Shown: positions 1-11,098 of the stretch, in pieces
Position numbering within the stretch: position 1 is the first letter of the stretch
Layout: each line of letters opens with the position of its first letter
Source of the DNA: Sminthopsis crassicaudata
Taxonomy: Eukaryota
Reading direction: 5' to 3'
Length of the DNA: 64,000 bases
NCBI RefSeq assembly: GCF_048593235.1
Contig: NC_133617.1
Span: forward strand, 260,050,937 to 260,114,936
Made by a program: the position numbers and the translations under genes
Notes under the pieces: generated by a model
Database searches by the model: none
Seen by the model: the letters and a program-made list of their open reading frames with translations, nothing else
Told to the model about the DNA's origin: nothing

Positions 1-471
1 GAGCAAAAGTGGTGAGATTCGGTAGACAATCCAGAACAGTGAATTTCTTAAGCAGTGAACTGAGTCATCTCGTGGATTGTAACATCACAGAAAACGAGAT
101 GACTTTCAACTTTTGGGCTGAAGAGTCTAAAGTACTTTTTTTTTTTTTTTTTTTTTTCATTTCCAGAAGATATTTCACGAGCAAGAAGGAAAAAAAAAAA
201 AAAGCCCACTTTTCTTGAGATCAGTGTTAAAGTTGTTTGGGCAAGGTGAAGGAACAGGTTGGGTTTGTGAGGCATAGACTCACCGGATCTCTAATTAAGA
301 CTGAGTTAAGACGAAGTATTAAACCACACACATGCACAACCCTTTTACCCCTCCTCTTCTAGGTCCCCTCCCACCATAATGTACTTTTATCTCCTTTCCG
401 GAGTAGGTCTCGAATATAGGATTTAAAAATGCATTTTTTTTCCAATCTCAAATTTCGGGTCTCGGAATATC

Positions 472-474
<3 letters not shown>

Positions 475-521
<47 letters not shown>
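475..521. repeat. Poly(T) tract, 47 nt
   Basis: Direct reading. Confidence 0.95.
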
Positions 522-523
<2 letters not shown>

Positions 524-1570
524 TTAAGTCATTTATTTTAACAAACGCATTCATATTTAAATACAGCCAAAAACAAAGGATAGCAGACTTAGGCTGCTAG
601 TCTGACTACTGAAAACCACCCAGAGTGCTAAAGTTAGTTTGTAATAACTGTAGTCCAAACAAAGCTGTCCTTACCCAAATAAGGCCCTCTGATCTCCTGT
701 TTACACCTAGACATTTCCAGATAAGCAATGGATTTATTAGCAGTCGGGAGTAAATTTTGAAAATTCAAGCTTAGGCCCATAAAATTCACATCTTTTACCC
801 AGTTTTCAGATACAAAAGGGAAGGTTTGCCTTATTTATTAGACACGGGAGAAATAGTTTGAAAACATGAATTTACATATAAAAACATTTGAAACAATTTT
901 CATGGCACAAAGGTTTCTCTGCTGGCAAAGGGGCATGAAATAGTCTAACAATTTGAAACAATTTCCCCCCCGAGTTTTGAATAACTTAGGCGCTAAATAT
1001 ATGTGTATCTTATTGGGTTGGAAGAGAAAGATTGAAGTAGACAAAATATTAATTTTTATTTTTTAGTAAAAGTGCTTATGAATCAACGTGGAAAAAGTCG
1101 AAGTGAAGCAACAAAAACTAAATTTGGAGAATCTTTATTTATTTAATTTTGTGCGAGACTTTATTGAGGTCCGACTAAGAACCATTTAAGAAGATACCTA
1201 TTAATGCCTCGAAGAAGAGAATGAATACTTCCTGCAGTCGGTCAAATAGATCATTTTGAACTTTACTTAAAAGAAAAATACGAGTAGTTTTGTATTCTCA
1301 TTAAAAAAAAACAAAAACAAAAACAAAGAAACAGCTGAGGAGTTTTTGTCCAACAGCACTAGCATTTAAAGGGAAAAAAAAAAAAGTATTTCCAAGAGGG
1401 AACCTTTGAAAATTTTGCCGCTTGTGCAATCAATCCCACAACAGCGAAGTCTGAGGTTCCGATTTTCCGGTGCCTGGAAGTCTGGTTCCTTCCAGTCTTC
1501 ACCTGCTCAGGTAAAGCCTGAGCCGCAGCAGCCGTAGCTCTCTGCGGGGAGGTGGCCCAGGCCTTGGTCT

Positions 1571-1883
1571 GGGAGGGGCGTCTGACACCTCGTGGGAGCC
1601 GCCCCGCCCCCGGAGCCTCATTGGTTGAGTGAGTGTAGAAAGGGGAGCTGCTGCGGAGAGAGCGCTCGTACTTGCCCAGTTAGTTTGGGAGCGTTTGTTC
1701 CCCAGTTGTCTTGGACCTGGCAGTGGAGGCTGGGAGTCAGGGCATCTCAATAGACTGACCAATTCCTGTTGGCTACCGCGCTCTCCTCCCACCTTGGACC
1801 CGCCACTGAGGGAACCTTCGGGTCCCGACTGAGGGTGTGGGGACGGGGCGGGGTGCGAAGCACAAGGTCTGGGCAGGAGAGCC
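1571..1883 (+). promoter_or_regulatory. Copy 1 proximal promoter / 5' UTR in a CpG island
   Basis: CpG/GC-rich (about 1400-2230); GC box GCCCCGCCC 1601-1609; reverse CCAAT (ATTGG) 1620-1624; TGTAGAAAGGGGAGC 1634-1648; all shared with copy 2. TSS not determinable. Confidence 0.7.
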
Positions 1884-2217
1884 ATGAGCAGCCCGGACGC
1901 GGGGTATGCCAGTGACGACCAGAGCCAAACTAGGTGCGCACTGCCCATGATGATGGCCGGGATGGGCTCCTGCCCGTGGGCAGAGTCTCTGAGTCCCCTG
2001 GGGGAGATGAAGGTCAAGAACGAGTCCGGTGCAGGTGCAGGTGCAGGGAACGGGGGCAGCGCGACTGCTGCAGCTGCTGGGGCTGCGGGCCGTAGCAAAG
2101 GGGAGTCCCGCATCCGGCGGCCCATGAACGCATTCATGGTGTGGGCCAAGGACGAGCGCAAGCGGCTGGCACAGCAGAACCCGGACCTGCACAACGCCGA
2201 GCTGAGCAAAATGCTGG
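1884..2217 (+). CDS. SOX17: SOX17 copy 1 (canonical orthologue), coding exon 1: N-terminus and first half of HMG box
   Basis: gccATG start; translates [15 protein letters not shown]...[36 protein letters not shown]; phase-1 donor G|GTGAGT at 2217/2218, the conserved SoxF HMG intron position. Confidence 0.97.
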
Positions 2218-2904
2218 GTGAGTTGGCATTTTAAAGGAGCAGCAGGAGCCTCTTACTGTCTGTTTCAGTCGTGGTGATCTTCAGTTCCCAAGTGGGGACC
2301 TTAAAGTTCCAAAATAAAATTCTGTGTTTTGTGAGACTACACTTCCTCCTTGCTTTGCTTTTTCCATGCTTTTCTTCCTTCTCCACTTCCCTACCTACCC
2401 CCACCCCCGCCCTAATTGCCTATCCCCCTCTAAACTGATCTTCCTGGTATTGTCACCCTTTTGCATCGCTATTCCCGACTGGCCTTATTACAGAACTCTT
2501 TGAGAGAGGCTACTTTCCGGCGAATCTTTGGAGAGTATAGTTTTTGCTCCCTCTCCTAGACTGGAAGAAAAAACTTCCTTCCACGTACTCCTGGGCAGCT
2601 AGACGGGAGAATTAAAAGAGGAAAAGGGAAAGGATACTGTGTTGTAAACAGAAAGGGCGGAAGGGATTGAATTAAGACGCTTGTCGGAGATTAAAAATTT
2701 TAAGTGTTTTTCTAATAAAAGTAGTTCTCTCTTGGAGTGAAGGATTTTACCTTTCATCCTAGATGCCGCAATGTTTTTTTTTGTTTTTGTTTTTTGTGTG
2801 TGCCATTTTTATTAACGGACTTATTGTAAGGTTTGAGAAAGATCTGTTAGCGGGTGGAGAATGACCAAGTCTGTTCCCTCTTGTTTTTTCCCTTGTCCAC
2901 ATAG

Positions 2905-3806
2905 GGAAGTCTTGGAAGGCGTTATCTCTGGCTGAGAAGAGGCCCTTTGTGGAGGAGGCCGAGCGGCTGCGCGTGCAGCATATGCAAGACCACCCCAATT
3001 ACAAATACCGGCCTCGGAGGAGGAAGCAGGTGAAGAGGCTGAAGCGGGTGGAGAGTGGCTTCCTTCATAACCTCCCTGAGCAGCCGGGCTCGGGACTGGG
3101 TCCAGAGGGCAGAGTATGTGTGGAAAGCCTGGGACTGCCGTTCCATGAGCAGACCTACCACCATGGCCAGGGAGTGCTACCTCCTCAGATGGGACACTAC
3201 CGCGAGTGCCAGAGTTTAGGTCCAGCCTCTCAGTTTGACAGCTACAATTTGCCTACCCCGGAGGCTTCTCCTATGGATGGGATGGAGCCAGATGCAGCTT
3301 TCTTCACCTCCTCACTCCAAGGAGACTGCCAGCCAGGACCCTATAGCTATCCTGTAATCTCTGAGTATTCTGCACATCCTGACTCTCACTCAGGTCCTGT
3401 GCACCACAGACACATGCAGGAACCCCTGGCACACTCATTGCAGAGCTTGATGGGTCCCTCCAACCCTCTGCATATGTACTATGGTCCCATGGGCTCCCCC
3501 CAAGCTGGGAGCAGTGTCCGTGGTTTTCAGATGCAGCATCAGCCAGGATCTAGTCAGCCCTCTCCTCCTCCAGAAGCCTTGGTCTGCAGGGATGGCCTGG
3601 ACACCAGCCAACCTGCTGAGCTTCTTGCAGATGTGGACCGCACAGAATTTGAACAATATCTGCATTTTGTATGCAAACCAGAGTTGGGGCTAAACTACCA
3701 GGGACATGAATCTGGCCTTTCCCTACCTGACACTCATGGGGCCATTTCCTCTGTCGTGTCTGATGCCAGTTCTGCAGTATATTACTGCAACTATCCAGAT
3801 GGGTGA
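2905..3806 (+). CDS. SOX17: SOX17 copy 1, coding exon 2 (spliced protein 411 aa)
   Basis: Pyrimidine tract + AG at 2903-2904; in frame with exon 1 (G|[16 protein letters not shown]...[19 protein letters not shown]); SoxF motifs DRTEFEQYL (3636-3662) and [15 protein letters not shown]; TGA 3804-3806. Confidence 0.97.
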
Positions 3807-4184
3807 CACATCTACCACTCTCCTCCAGCCTGCGGGCCAGCAGCATAAACAGTGTTACACACTTCCTGCAGGAGCTAAGGAAATCCTTTCCCTCCCCCTG
3901 CCCCCCTTTCATTTCTGTGTTTTTTAAATTGAGAGCTGTCTTGGCACCTAATTTATGGTAATTTATTTGACTCTAATCTTAGCAATTTCCTAAAGAGGAA
4001 GTGGGGGTTTGGGGGGCTCATTCTGTCAGGATTTACTCTTAGTCTTGCCCCTAATTCTTGTTAAAATTGCCATTTGTAAATTGGACTTTACTTTTTCTGA
4101 GTAATGTGGAGTAAAATGCTAATCATACTATGAAAGTTCATGTTGTTTGATGAATTGGGGGGATGGTTTTTTATATGAATACTT

Positions 4185-4190
4185 AATAAA
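4185..4190 (+). terminator. Probable polyadenylation signal of copy 1
   Basis: AATAAA about 380 nt after the stop, followed by U/GU-rich sequence (ttttccagtgttg). Confidence 0.65.
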
Positions 4191-5105
4191 GCTTGAACTT
4201 TACTTTTCCAGTGTTGATTCCCAGAAATTTATGAATCATACTACTAATTTAAGTAGAATTGAAGGATTTCATGTTATTGATGAATATTCAGTACTCATTA
4301 AAGAGTGAGTATATGTATTAATATATGTTGTCTTCAGTAAGGATCTGTAAAATCTAGGGTATAGTATTAAATCAAACTGAAACTTTGTCAATTTGAGATG
4401 CTAAGAGTAAAAAAATCATTTCATGATCTGCTTATATTATGGAGACACTTTCCATAATAAATAACTGATACTAAGATAAAATGCTGCATAGCTAGAATTT
4501 GAGTCTGTCTTCACTTTAAGCCCCCAACTTTAAAAGTAAGAGGATAGTTTTTATTATTAATGAACTGATTCATGTTATGAGTGTTTAAGTAGATTCAATT
4601 TTTAGTTCATTTAAAGTAGCTTTAATATTAAAACTAATATGTACATTATCAATAAGTTGGCAGGCATTTATCAAGCTCCTATTGAGTATCAGGAGCTGAG
4701 TTACATATTCTACAGATAACAATTTTGTTTTATTCACCAGAGTGAATATCCAAGCATTCTGTGTGTTATACTCCCTGAAAATGCTGTTAAACCCAAATAA
4801 TTTAAACCATATTTTTTGTTACTAGAAAGTTTAAATTATGCCTAATTATTATTGACCAAAAATCCCTTTAATAATGTTTCTCATTTTCTATTTTGAATGT
4901 TATGTTATAGTAAGTTGAGCTTTTTCATCCAAACTTTTTTTTCTATATAGATTTGTAAAATTATTTTTAGCTTCTATCATTCTTTTATATGAAATGGCAA
5001 CAAAAAAATCATGGGAAGAACAGAACTAATATTGAACTAAGAAACTATGTGCAGTTAAGATCTGAACTGGGACAATAAATCCCCCATCGAGAAGGGTGAC
5101 TTGGC

Positions 5106-5298
5106 ATTGCAAAAAGCATTTTTTAGAGAAGGGTCTCACAACCAAATTGAATTCTGCTTCCTGTGTTCTTGAACTTACAACTTCGTTTCTATGGACTTGG
5201 GATTGCAAAAAGCATTTTTTAGAGAATGGTCTCACAACCAAATTGAATTCTGCTTCCGGTGTTCTTGAACTTACAGCTTCGTTTCTATGGAATTGGAA
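5106..5298. repeat. Direct tandem duplication, 2 x 96 bp
   Basis: TTGCAAAAAGC at 5107 and 5203; GTTTCTATGG at 5185 and 5281; few mismatches. Confidence 0.92.
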
Positions 5299-5360
5299 AC
5301 ATTTCAAATTTGATTTTAATCATTGGGAAAGATGGCTGATTGAGAAGAGACAAAAGAATA

Positions 5361-5506
5361 GGGGGGATTCAGGGCAGTGGATAGAACACTAGCCCTGAAG
5401 TCAGGGTCCCCCAGTTCAAATCTGGTCTCAGACACTTAACACATGACCCTAGAAATATTAAGTCATTTAACCCCAATTGCCTCAGCCAAAAAAATAAAAA
5501 TAAAAA
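5361..5506 (+). mobile_element. Marsupial CORE-SINE (WSINE/Mar-like) with A-rich tail
   Basis: gcagtggatagaacactagccctgaagtcagg...gttcaaatctggtctcagacac...ttaaccccaattgcctcagc + A tail. Confidence 0.8.
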
Positions 5507-6125
5507 TTGGGGGAGGAGTGTTGTGGATAAGTTAAAGAGTTCATGCTTTATTTGCTTCCATTGGTCTCATTCTGTGTAATAGTTGCTCTTCCCCTTGATG
5601 GTTCATATGGACACATATTGGGTAACTGCACTGTTCACTTAGATTTAGTCATTAGTGAATTTAGCCATTCAATTTTGTCCAGTATGCCACTATCAACACT
5701 AAGCTATCCCTATCTATTCTGGAGAGGTGGCAGATAAAATAAAGCTGAGAGAAAATGTGTCATAGTAAGGAGCAGTTGAGAGTTTTAAAGTTTAAGCAGA
5801 GAGGGAAGTATACACTGAAAAAACTGGCTCTGACTCTTTACCCCCAGGGATGGAAGTTAGAGACAATCTTATTAAAGAAATGACATTCTCCCTCCCCTCC
5901 CCTTTTTAACTAGGGAGAGGGATTGGGAAATGAACCTTAGGAAGGATCAGAGAGAAAAGAAAGGAATAAGCATTTATTTGTATCTTACCATGTATTGGAC
6001 ACTGTGTTAAGTATTTTTCATTTGATCACATAGAGGCATGCAAAAATTCTCTTTCTAGATCTTGGATAGTTTTATTTGAAAAATTATTCTTCATATGGGT
6101 TTAGCCTTATGAAAATCAGTTGAAT

Positions 6126-6275
6126 GGTACAGTGGATAAAGCACCAGCCCTGTAATCAGGAGGATCTGAGTTCAAATTTAGTTTCAGACGCTTAATACTG
6201 CCTAACTTGTATGTTCCTGAGTGAGTCACTTGACCTTAATTGCTTTCTCCCCCTATCCCCCTCCAAAAGAGAAGA
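6126..6275 (+). mobile_element. CORE-SINE
   Basis: cagtggataaagcaccagccctg...ctgagttcaaat...gtcacttgaccttaattgc. Confidence 0.7.
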
Positions 6276-7159
6276 AAACCAGTTGCTATAATTTTTTTTC
6301 TGTATACAGCAACCTAGAGATATTTAGAGGAATTAATATGCAAGAAGAAAGTTTTCACTTGGTAGGCTTAATTGACATTTGAAGGAATTCTTTTCTCTGG
6401 GGTTTATAAATTTATTTTAAAATATTTTGAGATATATTCTATATAATTGATTTCCTTTAAAATCTGATGTATTTTCTTTTTTGAATTTAAAAGTATTTTG
6501 AGAAGTGATCTATAGGTTTTAACAAATTGCCAAAAGGATCTGACAAAAAAAAAAAAAAAAAGGTTAAAAGGCTTTTATCGCGAACTTTACTAAAGGCATG
6601 CCCCTTCTTTTCTGGAGGAAAAGATATTAAAAGTTTGATTTCTAATGTCAAAGAGGTATGTAAGAAGCAAAGGAAGAAATCATTCCTCTCCAACTCACTC
6701 CCTTCATTTTTTTGTGTTTCCTGAATTATTTTTTCCCATTGCTTTGCAAGATCAGGAAATACAATATTTGCTTTAGTGTTCTACTATTTTGAAGGTAAGG
6801 AAAAATATAGTGCTGCTAATCCAAAACATGGTTACATTATTGTGTTTTGTTTTGTTGGAATAAGGACATTTACAGAGGAAAGAATGAACAGTAAATTCAG
6901 TAGACTGGTTTGGGAATTGCAAGTTATACTTACTCAGAATAAAAATGCTAAGTTATAATTATGACAAATAATGCAGAATTGAAAGTTAACCGTTCCTTCT
7001 GTGATTTGTGTAAGATTATTAAATGATTCCACAACACCTTCCCGTCCAAAGGGATGAAATTACTCAATGGATGTTAATTTTTAAGGAACATCTCTAAATC
7101 TGAATTGAGTAAATACTTTTGATTGAACTGACTTGGATTTCTATAGACATTTTAAATTC

Positions 7160-8150
7160 AATATATTCAAAACTGAATTTATTTCCTCCCTTACAAACTT
7201 TCCTAATATTATAACCAGAAACACCATACTCCCAGTCACCTGAGGTCACACCTAGTTCTTCACTTTTTCATCTCCCATATCCAACTGATTGCCAAGTCCT
7301 GTGGATTTTATTTTGACGATATCTTTTGAATATACCTCCTTCATAACACTGTCGTTACACTAGTGGGGGTCTTATTTACTCAAGCCTGGATCTTTATAAC
7401 AGCCTAGGGGTTGATTTCCCTGTCCCAAAAGTCTCTCCTCACTCCATTCCTCCTCTTTTCAAAGTGACCTTCCTAAAGCACAAAGTTGTCACCAGTCACA
7501 TATCTATTTAATAACTCTTGTGGCAACCTATTACCTCTAGAAAATATAAAATTCTTTGTCTCTTAAAGCTCTTCATAAAGCTTCTTCCTCTACTACACAT
7601 CCCAAAAATTTTAGTGAAGACATTTTTAGTGATGGAAAAATCACATTTTTTAAAAAATCAAGGTCAAGTTAAATGACTGGAGAAAACAAATTCAAAAGAA
7701 GTCAATTCAACAAACATTTATTAAGCATTTAATACATCTTGGGTGCTGTGGACACAAAGAAAGATTAAAGTTAAAAAGTCCCTGCTCTGAAGGAGATCAC
7801 AGTCTGGTAGAATAGATATAACATGCAAACAATTATGTACAAATATGTATATACAGAAATAATTAGAAAGAATCAACAGAAGGAAGGCAAAACCACAGAG
7901 AGATCTGGAAAGGCTTCTTATAGAGAAGGCGGTGTTTTGAAAGGAATTTACGGGAAAGTCAAGGAAGGCAAAAGATGGAGATGAGGAGGAAAAAAATTAC
8001 AGACATGGGAAAGAGCTAGTGAAAACACTTATAGTGAGGAATGAGAGTGCCCAGTGTCTCTAAAGCACAGAGCATTTGGAATGAAGGAAGGTTGGAAAAA
8101 CAAGAAGGTGCTAAGTTATAAAAAGGTTTAAAAGACAAAGTGTCATTAGC
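7160..8150. mobile_element. Degenerate L2-type LINE fragments (both orientations)
   Basis: L2 3'-end signature caacaaacatttattaagca...ccctgctctgaaggagatcacagtct at about 7710-7810 and purine-rich continuation. Confidence 0.55.
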
Positions 8151-8923
8151 AAAAATTGATAGGGAATGCAAAAAGTTAATGAAGGAATTTCTGTTAGAAC
8201 TATGAGGATAACATTTAATTTTTATTCAAATCTATATTGATAATCAGAATTTAAGATCAATGAGGTACAAATATGCAGAAAATTGACTAATTTTCCAATG
8301 AAATAAAAGACTGATTTCAGGAAAAAGAGTAAGAAATAAAAATAGTTGATGAAATCAGTGGCAATAACAGAAACAGACAGAAATAATATTTCAAAGGAAT
8401 TCAATTTAACTAATGAAAATGTTAAATTGAGAAGTTCTAAATTTCATGGCTGACAATTTTTGAAACCTTTATTCTCAAAAATGATTTGGAGAGTAATTTT
8501 AACATTCACAGAAATGCATAAAAAATTCCTATTTGAAAAAATTCAAAATGTGTTATTCATCAGATCTCCTCTGAACATCTCCTACTACAAAAATCCAAAA
8601 GAGGGATAAGAAAGTGGTAGAAAAAAAGTTTAGTTCAATCCACAGAAAAATCATCCCTTTCTCTCTTCAACCTGTTAAAAGGAAAGAAGTGCTTTTAATT
8701 AATTTCAACAAAAATTTATTCTCCATTGATGAAAAAGTGCTTTTTTCTATTTCTTTCTGAGTCCAGATTATAGAATAAAATGATCAAAATCTTCCCTCTG
8801 CTGCCGAGCTGTCAATTGGATGAAATTTAGGGCATACTGTTTTCAATTAAATTTTATTAAAATGATAATATTGTACTTACTCCACTGAAATGTTTAGATC
8901 ATTTCCAGGTAAAGAAGTTTATG

Positions 8924-9080
8924 TTCTATTTAACCCATATCACATTGCTTTCTATATTGGGGAAGGAGAAGATAAGGGAGAAAAAATTTGGAAACAAAGT
9001 TTTACAAAAATGAATGTTGAAAATTATCTTTACATGTATTTGGAAAAATAAAATATTTTTGAAATAAAATGAAATGAAAT
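8924..9080 (+). mobile_element. L1 3' UTR fragment
   Basis: gggagaaaaaatttggaaacaaagttttacaaaaatgaatgttgaaaattatctttacatgt, matching other L1 tails in the window. Confidence 0.65.
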
Positions 9081-10769
9081 AAATATAGAACACTTCAGCA
9101 TTTAATCCAGTGGTGTGAAAGGAAACCTGTGTTTGGAGCTGGAGTAGATTTGTGTTCAGATTCAACCTTTTAATTAATTGTGTGACCTTGAAGAAGCTTC
9201 TTGACCTTCAGTTTCCTTAAGTGCAAATGAGTAATTAATACTTTTACTACCTAACTCAGGATGTGCAAGAGTCAAATAGGTAGTAAATCTGGAAGCTCTT
9301 AGATACACTAAAACATTATGTAAATGCAAATTCTTAACTTAAAACTCCCATATTTTCATGAGCTACTTAAATGTAAATAAAAATATCCCCATTTCCTTAT
9401 AAATCCCACAAGTCATATTTATGTGTGGATGTATGTTTAAATTATAAAACTATTACCTATAATTACTATTTCAGATTTAGCAGATAAAGTATTCTTATTT
9501 TTTACATTTGTTATTTTATTTTTACTCAATTATATGCAAACAAAATTTCCTAAACTTTTTTTAATGTTGAGTTCCAGATTTTCTTTTTCTCCCTCTTCCC
9601 CTCCCCCCAAGAGTATTATTAAAAATAATTTTTTTTCTGGCTGTTGTATGATTGGTAAAAATACCAAATTATTCTTAGTATAAGGAAAGATTGTAAAAGC
9701 CCAAATTTTGTCCTGATTTCAGTAGTTGTGTGAACTTGGAGAAAATCAATCTATCTCTATGGGTCTGTTTCCTCTTTTGCAAAAAGAAAAAGTTGGACAA
9801 AATTATCTTTAAGGTTCCAACCAGATTTTTTTATTAGTAGGATTCAAATATACCATCTGAACAAATTGGCAAAAACAAAACATGAAAATTCTGCATTTTG
9901 AAATTAAGAATATTGAAAACATGCTCTTCCTTTTAAAAACCAAATTGTTTTGTTAATATAACAATAGCATTTTCAGGTGTGTATGTTGTTTTGTTAAGCT
10001 ACCTTGCTTATTTTACCTGGAATCCTGAATTTAATATTTGTTTGCTATCTCTTTTGGTAGTCAGTTTCCCCTTTCTCTTCTCTTCATATCAATTCAGGTT
10101 TCTAATTTCCCATTAGAAATGTACTGGCTTCTTACCCCCATTTCTGTCTGTTCTCTATTGGTTCTCTCTGCTCCCCTCACCCTCCTCCTGCCTTTTTTTT
10201 CTCCCATAGCCTCTCCTCTACTTAGTACGAGAGGTTCATGCTGAATTTAAGACTTAAGGAAAGTCAAAGCTTAGTGATGATCTTTTCCTGATTATTGCTG
10301 TCAAAGATTTTTTTTTTCCTTCTGAATTAAAGAACTTCTGCCCCACAGTGGTCATTCTGGTTTATCACTGAGCTCTCTGCCACTTATTCTCTTTCTTCAT
10401 ATGCTATGTATGCACTTTGAAAATCCAGGAAAACAACCTAACAAGTCCATCTTTATATTACTGTGCATTTTACAAACATTTCCTCTCTTACTTGTCCTAC
10501 TTATTTTCTTTAGCCAAAGTGTTGGCCAATCAACCCTCATTTTCTAGATATATCAGTTCTGGGCATTAGAACACATTTTCACTTCATTGATTTGGATCCT
10601 AGACTGAAGGAGCAGTCAACCCCCAAAACAAGAGTAGGTTGTTTGCCAGTGTTTGTTAGGGTGCCATTATTGTTTTTGTCTTTTCCTGAGGGTTGCAGAG
10701 GTATATGCCTGTCATTTTCCTTCTTAAAATTCATACATATACACACACATATATGTATTTAAAGGAAAA

Positions 10770-11098
10770 TTTTATTTTTATTTTTATTCATTTTTCCAAA
10801 TTATCCCCTCCCTCCCTCCACTCCCTCCCCCCATGGCAGGTAATCCCATACATTTTACATGTGTTACAATACTACCTAGATACAATATATGTGTGTAAAT
10901 ACCTTTTTCTTGTTGCACATTAATTATTAGCTTCCGAAGGTATAAGTAACCTGGGTAGATAGACAGTAGTGCTAACAATTTACATTCATTTCCCAGTGTT
11001 CCTTCTCTGGGTATAGTTATTTCTGTCCATCATTGATCAACTGGAAGTGAGTTGGATCTTCTTTATGTTGAAGATTTCCACTTCCATCAGAATACATC
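10770..11098 (-). mobile_element. L1 3' end
   Basis: Reverse complement of the L1 tail at about 34180-34480 (high similarity). Confidence 0.85.

Noticed and set aside
1499-2209. Long antisense ORFs over exon 1 of both copies (also 1773-2192, 15163-15540, 15332-15568) and short ORFs over exon 2
   Set aside because: Stop-poor shadows of GC-rich SOX17 coding and CpG-island sequence; low-complexity translations
3665-3678. TTTTGTATGCAAAC resembling the compressed SOX17-OCT4 site inside copy 1 exon 2
   Set aside because: Explained by codons for FVCK, imperfect, and not kept in copy 2
5361-5420. tRNA-like heads (gttcaaat B-box) at several sites
   Set aside because: All belong to tRNA-derived SINEs, not cloverleaf tRNA genes
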